Notes under the pieces: model-generated
The model's database searches: none
Told to the model about the DNA's origin: nothing
Seen by the model: only the letters and a program-made list of their open reading frames with translations
Position numbers and translations under genes: made by a program
Part shown: one piece after another, positions 27,470 through 32,676 of the stretch
How positions within the stretch are numbered: position 1 is the stretch's first letter
Layout: the number at the start of each line of letters is the position of its first letter
NCBI GenBank assembly: GCA_023249165.1
Contig: JAHFDE010000001.1
Coordinates: forward strand, 5,243 to 37,918
Length of the DNA: 32,676 nucleotides
Direction of reading: 5' to 3'
DNA from: Candidatus Methylomirabilota bacterium
GTDB lineage: Bacteria; Methylomirabilota; Methylomirabilia; Methylomirabilales; CSP1-5

Positions 27470-27473
27470 AACA
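27458..27473. promoter_or_regulatory. parS-like site CGTGTCACGTGAAACA (overlaps the rsmG stop codon)
   Basis: 14 of 16 positions match the canonical parS. The rsmG TGA (27467-27469) lies inside the site. Confidence 0.65.
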
Positions 27474-27519
27474 TTCTCCTTTTCCTTGGCGAGGCAGCGT
27501 GCTATCTTCGAGTCGATGC

Positions 27520-27626
27520 TAATGCCGTTCCAACAATGTGTGCCATCCTCTTTGCTGCACATGCCGGCCACCGTTGGAACAAGACGGGCTGATCAAATTC
27601 GGCTCAGTAGGTTGAAACGGCACTAA
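27520..27626. repeat. About 107-nt element bounded by imperfect inverted copies of CTA(A/G)TGCCGTT(C/T)CAAC, upstream of parA
   Basis: taatgccgttccaac (27520-27534) faces gttgaaacggcactaa (27611-27626). The internal partner ccgttggaac (27571-27580) and a short inner hairpin are also present. Confidence 0.6.
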
Positions 27627-27639
27627 TTGGGGGATCCGG

Positions 27640-28422
27640 GTGGCGCGGGTGATCGCGGTCACCAACCAAAAGGGAGGGGTGGGCAAGACCACCACCGCAA
27701 TAAATCTCGCTGCTTGTCTCGCCGCGGCCGACAAACGCACACTCCTGGTGGACATCGACCCGCAGGGAAACGCAACGTCAGGGCTCGGCCTCTCCCGGAC
27801 GGGGCCCGGTCCGTACATCTATGAGGTTCTCCTGGGCGAGGCGAAAATCTCCGAGGCGCTTTGCCCCGGACCGATCCCCGCGCTCTACATCCTCCCTTCG
27901 AGTTCAGCCCTGCTCGGTGCGGAGATCGAGTTGGTCCCGGTGGAGGGGCGGGAGCAGAGACTAAAGAGCGTCTTGAACGAGATTTCGGGTGATTTCGCCT
28001 ATATTCTTATCGATTGTCCCCCTTCTTTGGGTCTCTTAACGCTGAATGCCCTCGTAGCCGCTCATTCCGTCCTCATTCCGCTTCAGTGTGAATATTACGC
28101 CCTGGAGGGACTCACCCATCTCCTGACCACGCTACGCCTGATTCGACGCTCGTTCAACCCGGGCCTCGAGATCGAGCGGGTCGTCTTTACTATGTATGAC
28201 AGCCGCCTGAACCTCAACCGGCAGGTCGTAGAGGACGTGCGCCGGAACTTTTCCGGGCGAGTCTTTGAAACGGTGATTCCTCGGAGCACCCGCCTGAGTG
28301 AGGCCCCGAGTTTTGGGAAGCCGATCATCCTATACGATATCCGTTCGGCAGGGGCGGAGGCGTACTTACATCTTGCCAAGGAGGTGATCGATGGGACGGC
28401 AGGCGCTCGGTCGGGGCCTTGA
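27640..28422 (+). CDS. parA: Chromosome partitioning ATPase ParA (Soj)
   Basis: The ORF has the deviant Walker A in VIAVTNQKGGVGKTTTAINLA. It is 260 aa and starts with GTG. Confidence 0.95.
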   Translation: MARVIAVTNQKGGVGKTTTAINLAACLAAADKRTLLVDIDPQGNATSGLGLSRTGPGPYIYEVLLGEAKISEALCPGPIPALYILPSSSALLGAEIELVPVEGREQRLKSVLNEISGDFAYILIDCPPSLGLLTLNALVAAHSVLIPLQCEYYALEGLTHLLTTLRLIRRSFNPGLEIERVVFTMYDSRLNLNRQVVEDVRRNFSGRVFETVIPRSTRLSEAPSFGKPIILYDIRSAGAEAYLHLAKEVIDGTAGARSGP

Positions 28423-29230
28423 GGCCCTCATTCCCCTTGCCAAGGGGGAGCCGGGGACCGTGGAAATTCCTCTGGCGGAGATCCGCCCAAGCCCTTTCCA
28501 ACCGAGAAAGCGCTTCGATGATAAGAAACTGGACGAACTGGCCGCCTCAATCCGCGCCCAGGGGATCCTTTCCCCTGTCATAGTTCGGCAGATCCCGGGG
28601 GGCTACGAGCTTGTGGCGGGAGAGCGCCGACTCCGTGCGGCGGAGCGTGCGAGCCTCGAGCGCATTCCAGCCGTGGTGCGGGAGATGTCGAACGCGGAGA
28701 TGCTCGAGGTGGCCCTGATCGAAAATGTCCAGCGGGAGGATCTCAATCCTATCGAGGAAGCGGAGGTCTACCGCCGCCTGATCGAGGAGTTTGGACTGAC
28801 CCAGGAGGAGATGGCCGCACGGGTTGGAAAGGATCGGGCCTCTGTCGCCAACACACTCCGTCTGCTCAAGCTTCCCCACCCGATTCGAGAGGATCTGATC
28901 GAGGGGGCCATGTCTCCAGGGCACGGCCGGGCGCTGCTCGGTCTCGAGGGTCGGGATCTTCAGCTCAAAGCGCGAGAGGCGGTGATCCGGCGCGGCCTCT
29001 CGGTCCGGGCGACGGAGCTGTTGGTCAAGCGGCTCAAGAGCGGACCGGCGGCTCAGGGTCGGACCATCCGGCGGAAGGCCCCGGGACTGGCCCAGGCGGA
29101 AGAGCAGTTGCGCCGGACGCTGGCCACAAAGGTCCGGATCATCCGGCGCGGTCAGCGCGGGCGGATCGAGGTGGAGTTTTACTCGGAAGACGATCTCGAC
29201 CGGCTCATCAGAAAAATCTGTTCGGGTTAA
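28391..29230 (+). CDS. parB: Chromosome partitioning protein ParB (Spo0J)
   Basis: The ORF has the N-terminal ALGRGLEALIP, the ParB box GERRLRAA and an HTH region. It overlaps the parA end by 32 nt. Confidence 0.95.
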   Translation: MGRQALGRGLEALIPLAKGEPGTVEIPLAEIRPSPFQPRKRFDDKKLDELAASIRAQGILSPVIVRQIPGGYELVAGERRLRAAERASLERIPAVVREMSNAEMLEVALIENVQREDLNPIEEAEVYRRLIEEFGLTQEEMAARVGKDRASVANTLRLLKLPHPIREDLIEGAMSPGHGRALLGLEGRDLQLKAREAVIRRGLSVRATELLVKRLKSGPAAQGRTIRRKAPGLAQAEEQLRRTLATKVRIIRRGQRGRIEVEFYSEDDLDRLIRKICSG

Positions 29231-29325
29231 CGGGCCACTCGGTCTCAGACGCTTCGGCGTCTCGTCTCGGCACCCGCTCCAGGGCCTTCTCCTCCAGGAT
29301 CCAGGCGGACGATGAAGGGATCCAC

Positions 29326-29817
29326 ATGCGCCGCACCCTCCTGATCTTGCTGGCTTCAGGAGTAGGGACCTGGCTTGGGGTGATGGTCTTTCTCAGCTTC
29401 GTGGTAGCCCCATCCGCCTTTGCCATCCTCGAAAGTCGCCATCAGGCAGGCGATCTGGTTGCGGCCACCCTGAACGTTTTGTACCTCTCTACCTATATCC
29501 TCGGGCCTCTCCTTGCGCTGGTGAGCATCGCGGTTCGGCCGCTCGGGCGGCGGCTCCTGTGGGGGCTGAGGACGATCCTCCTTATCCTGATGACCGCTTC
29601 CACCCTCATCTCTCGGGAGATCGTTGGGACAAGGCTATTCAGTCTGCGCCGCGCCATGGGGGCCGCGATCCAGAGCATCCCGCCTGGGGATCCGCTGCGG
29701 CTGCAGTTTCAGCAGTGGCACCAATTCTCCGTCCTCCTGATGTTTTTCAATATCGCCGCCGCCGCCGTGGTCCTCTGCACCCTGTCGGTTGAGGCGTTCA
29801 GAGAAGGTCGGGGCTAG
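29326..29817 (+). CDS. Integral membrane protein of unknown function (about 4 TM segments; possibly DUF4149-like)
   Basis: This 163-aa ORF has four clear hydrophobic stretches. The family assignment rests on recollection only. Confidence 0.5.
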   Translation: MRRTLLILLASGVGTWLGVMVFLSFVVAPSAFAILESRHQAGDLVAATLNVLYLSTYILGPLLALVSIAVRPLGRRLLWGLRTILLILMTASTLISREIVGTRLFSLRRAMGAAIQSIPPGDPLRLQFQQWHQFSVLLMFFNIAAAAVVLCTLSVEAFREGRG

Positions 29818-29829
29818 TGCCGTTCCAAC
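29815..29829 (+). repeat. Motif copy TAGTGCCGTTCCAAC; its first 3 nt are the stop codon of the preceding gene
   Basis: It is identical to the motif at 32664-32676 and has one mismatch to 27520-27534. Confidence 0.7.
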
Positions 29830-29968
29830 TATTCGCGCCGACAGGGAGAAGCCGGTGCGCTACACCACCGTGCTGCTCCTTCTTCGAGCCGGTTAGGCAC
29901 AAACTTTGCTCTTAACGAGAGCTGGACGCACCACCCCGTGATCTTTGGGGTCGGGAGGGGGGAGAGCC

Positions 29969-31459
29969 GTGAAGGGGAAGAATTACATCGCCGGGAAATG
30001 GGTCGGTGCCAGGGGTGGAAGCGAGTACGAGAGTCGAAATCCAGCGCAAACCGGGGAGATCTTAGGTCGAGTCCCTCTGTCCCATCGAGAAGATGTGGAA
30101 CAGGCGGTCGTCTCGGCCAAGGAGGCCTTCCCCGCCTGGCGCGCCCTCTCCCGCATAAAGCGTGGGGAGGCGATCGAGCGGTTCGTCGATATCGTGAAGG
30201 CCGGGGCGGACGAGATGGCCCGGCTAGTGGCGCGAGAGGCGGGCAAGGCCATCAACGAGGCGCGGGCCGATGTCATCGAAGGGATCCACATGGCCCAGTA
30301 CATGTTCGGACATGCGCGGATGCCGTATGGGCAGGCCCTCCCCTCGGAGATTGCGGAGAAGGATGCCTACATGCTTCGCAAACCGAAGGGCGTGGTGTCG
30401 GTCATCACCCCCTGGAACTTCCCCTTTGCCATTCCCATCTGGCTCATCAGCCCCTCCCTCCTCGAAGGCAATACGGTGGTCTTCAAGCCCTCCGAAGAGA
30501 CCCCCCTTGTAGGGGAGAAGATTGTCGAATGCTTCGAGCGTGCCGGGCTTCCCCCCGGGGTGTTGAACCTGGTCCAGGGGATGGGAGAGGAGGTCGGATG
30601 GCCCCTGGTGGTGCATCCAGACGTCGAGGTGGTGCTGTTTACAGGCTCCTACGAGGTGGGGGCGAGGATCAAGCAAGCCTGCGCCAAAGATTACCGCAAG
30701 ATGTGCGCCTGCGAGATGGGGGGGAAGAACGCCATGATCATCTGCCTGGACGCCGATCTCGAGCTGGCGGTCCGGGCGGCGATCCTGAGCGCCTTCAAGA
30801 CGGCCGGCCAGCGGTGCACCTCGGCCTCGCGCCTCATCATCCATGAGAGCCGGATGAAAGAGTTTGCGCAGGCCTTCGTGGCCATGGCGAAACGGATCGT
30901 TATTGGCGATCCGATGGATCAGCAGGTCTTCATGGGGCCCGTGATCAATGAGGCGGCGGTGAAGAAGGTCGGTTTCTACAACCAGCTCGCCAAGAACGAG
31001 GGGGCGGAGATCCTGCTCGATGGGGGGCGCCTGGAGGAGGGGGAGTATCGGAACGGATACTTCTGCAGCCCCTTCATCTATCGGATGGCCCATCGCCGCG
31101 ACGCCCGCGTCCTCCATGAAGAGGTCTTTGGCCCGCACGTGGCCCTGATCCCCTTCCGGAGCCTGGAAGAGGCCGTGGCGATTCATAACGACGTGGAGTA
31201 CGGGTTGGCTTTTTCGGCCATCACCGAGGATTACCGGACCGCACGCCTCCTCCAGGAGGCCTGCGAGTTCGGGGTCGGCTACTGGAACCTGCCCACCATC
31301 GGGGCCGAGGTGCATCTCCCCTTCGGCGGGGTGAAGAAGAGCGGGACCGGGATGCCCGCCTCTTGGCCTCTGCTGGATGTGGTGACGCACAAGGTGGCCT
31401 GGACCGTCAATCACGGCCGAGAGATCAAGATGGCGCAGGGGATGAGCGCCGAGGTGTAA
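29969..31459 (+). CDS. NAD(P)+-dependent aldehyde dehydrogenase family protein
   Basis: The ORF has ALDH motifs: VITPWNFP, FKPSEETP, FTGSYEVG, catalytic Glu in EMGGKNA and catalytic Cys in GQRCTSASR. The GTG at 29969 (VKGKNYIAGKW) follows a G-rich SD. The substrate is not assignable. Confidence 0.85.
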   Translation: MKGKNYIAGKWVGARGGSEYESRNPAQTGEILGRVPLSHREDVEQAVVSAKEAFPAWRALSRIKRGEAIERFVDIVKAGADEMARLVAREAGKAINEARADVIEGIHMAQYMFGHARMPYGQALPSEIAEKDAYMLRKPKGVVSVITPWNFPFAIPIWLISPSLLEGNTVVFKPSEETPLVGEKIVECFERAGLPPGVLNLVQGMGEEVGWPLVVHPDVEVVLFTGSYEVGARIKQACAKDYRKMCACEMGGKNAMIICLDADLELAVRAAILSAFKTAGQRCTSASRLIIHESRMKEFAQAFVAMAKRIVIGDPMDQQVFMGPVINEAAVKKVGFYNQLAKNEGAEILLDGGRLEEGEYRNGYFCSPFIYRMAHRRDARVLHEEVFGPHVALIPFRSLEEAVAIHNDVEYGLAFSAITEDYRTARLLQEACEFGVGYWNLPTIGAEVHLPFGGVKKSGTGMPASWPLLDVVTHKVAWTVNHGREIKMAQGMSAEV

Positions 31460-31463
31460 TCAC

Positions 31464-32666
31464 ATGAAGATGAGGGACTGGGTTAAGCTCGAACAACAGT
31501 ATTTCATGGACACCGGCCATCGGCGTCTGGGGGTCACCGTGGTGCGGGGGGCGGGCGCGAAGGTCTGGGACGAGATGGGGAGGGAGTATCTCGACTTCAT
31601 CGCCGGTTGGGCTGCGTGTAGCCTCGGCCACAGCCACCCGGTTATCCTCAAGGCGCTCACGGAACAGGGAGAACACCTGATCCTGGCGAGCAACGATGTC
31701 TACACCATCCCCCAGATTGAGTTGGCAGAGCTCCTCACCTCGGTGAGCGGTCTCGACAAGGTCTTCTTGTGTAACAGCGGGGCCGAGGCGAACGAGGGCG
31801 CAGTGAAGCTGGCCCGGAAGTACGGCAAGCGACATCTCGATGGGGCGTATGGGGTGATCTCGACGCTGCGCGCCTTCCACGGTCGGACGTTGGCCATGGT
31901 TGCGGCAACGGGAAAGCCGGAGTACCAAGCCTCCTTCACCCCTCTCCCCGAAGGATTCAGCCACGTGCCGTACGACGATGCCGAGGCGCTTCGAGCCGCC
32001 GTGAGCGACAAGACTTGCGCCGTCCTGCTCGAGCCGATTCAGGGGGAAGGCGGGGTCCATGTCCCGGGAGACCGCTATCTGAAGGATGTCCGACAGCTCT
32101 GCGACGAGCGGGGACTCCTCCTGATTCTTGACGAGGTCCAGACCGGGTGCGGCCGGACAGGGACCCTGTGGGGTCATGAACAGTCTGGGATCAAGCCGGA
32201 CATCATGACGGTCGGCAAAGGCTTGGGGGGCGGCGTCCCCATCGCCGCGATCCTGGTCAGGGACCGGGCGGCCTGCTTCGGACCGGGAGATCACGGGTCC
32301 ACCTTCGGGGGCAATGCCCTCTGCTGCGCTGTGGCTACCGCGGTCCTGCGACACATCCTCGAGGAGGATCTGTCCGGCAACGCCGCGGCCGTGGGGAGCT
32401 ACTTCAGCGAGCGACTCCTTGCCCTGCAAGAGAAGTGGACGATCGCGAAGGCGGTTCGCGGCCGGGGCCTGCTCCTGGCAATGGAGTTCAGCGAACCGAT
32501 AGCGCTGCAGGTGGTCAAGGCCTGCCGCGCACTGGGCCTCTTGATGAACCCCCTTCCACCCCACACGATCCGGTTCATGCCGCCCCTGATCATCGGACGC
32601 GAGGAAGTGGACCAGGCCGTTGCAATTCTGGACGCCGCCCTCGAACAGGTCGTGGGCCTCCCCTAG
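31464..32666 (+). CDS. Class-III PLP-dependent aminotransferase (acetylornithine/succinylornithine/GABA transaminase-like)
   Basis: This 400-aa ORF carries NSGAEANEGAVKLARKYG, LDEVQTGCGRTG and the PLP-lysine context DIMTVGKGLGGG. It starts 5 nt after the ALDH stop. Confidence 0.85.
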   Translation: MKMRDWVKLEQQYFMDTGHRRLGVTVVRGAGAKVWDEMGREYLDFIAGWAACSLGHSHPVILKALTEQGEHLILASNDVYTIPQIELAELLTSVSGLDKVFLCNSGAEANEGAVKLARKYGKRHLDGAYGVISTLRAFHGRTLAMVAATGKPEYQASFTPLPEGFSHVPYDDAEALRAAVSDKTCAVLLEPIQGEGGVHVPGDRYLKDVRQLCDERGLLLILDEVQTGCGRTGTLWGHEQSGIKPDIMTVGKGLGGGVPIAAILVRDRAACFGPGDHGSTFGGNALCCAVATAVLRHILEEDLSGNAAAVGSYFSERLLALQEKWTIAKAVRGRGLLLAMEFSEPIALQVVKACRALGLLMNPLPPHTIRFMPPLIIGREEVDQAVAILDAALEQVVGLP

Positions 32667-32676
32667 TGCCGTTCCA
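32664..32676 (+). repeat. Motif copy TAGTGCCGTTCCA (truncated by the window end); its first 3 nt are the stop codon of the aminotransferase
   Basis: It matches 29815-29827 exactly. Confidence 0.7.

Noticed and set aside
27520-27626. An integron attC-like site (the inverted ends finish in ...CAAC and GTTG...).
   Set aside because: The ends do not fit the RYYYAAC / GTTRRRY cores well. No intI integrase or cassette-like promoterless genes are present, and the flanking genes are core housekeeping (rsmG, parA).
29231-29325. A GC hairpin with a TTCG tetraloop (agacgc-ttcg-gcgtct) after parB as a terminator.
   Set aside because: The stem is only about 6-7 bp and no U-run follows. That is too weak to annotate as an intrinsic terminator.

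Overview
This is a gene-dense, high-G+C bacterial chromosome segment that looks origin-proximal. The lineage cannot be assigned from the sequence alone.

Gene orientation switches at a roughly 700-nt ORF-free gap (22201-22902). To its left, almost everything is on the minus strand:
- dnaN, gyrB, gyrA, serS
- tRNA-Ser(UGA), tRNA-Ser(GCU), tRNA-Arg(ACG)
- tadA, tRNA-Ser(CGA), tRNA-Ser(GGA)
- a long Bacillus-type SRP RNA, then dnaX, ybaB, recR
- mglB, mglA, tRNA-Asn
- a GIY-YIG protein, an SDR epimerase, pyrE
- a BlaI/BlaR-like pair and a Spy/CpxP-like gene

To its right, everything is on the plus strand: rpmH, rnpA, yidD, yidC, mnmE, rsmG, two parS sites, parA, parB, a membrane protein, an aldehyde dehydrogenase and a class-III aminotransferase. 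dnaA, recF and mnmG are missing from their usual places.

One plus-strand (head-on) block interrupts the left arm at 10784-13821. It holds rpsU, a small Cys-rich protein, a histidine-box fatty-acid desaturase and a sulfite-oxidase-family molybdoenzyme.

I see no CRISPR array, transposase, integrase, prophage or recognisable defence system.

The most unusual signal is non-coding. Seven spacers carry the same architecture: about 4 tandem copies of a 7- or 8-nt unit, a 13-46-nt loop, then about 4 inverted copies. Six of them lie next to stable-RNA genes and one lies between gyrB and gyrA. At least four unrelated unit sequences are used.

Other points of interest:
- the tadA ORF ends inside a tRNA-Ser gene
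- two paralogous tRNA-Ser dyads together supply the four standard tRNA-Ser anticodons, next to serS
- a duplication carrying a GIY-YIG remnant flanks tRNA-Asn
- an identical operator palindrome occurs twice in the BlaI/BlaR-like locus
- a 16-nt motif supplies the stop codon of two genes

All calls come from reading the sequence and the ORF track by eye. No searches, folding or statistics were run.
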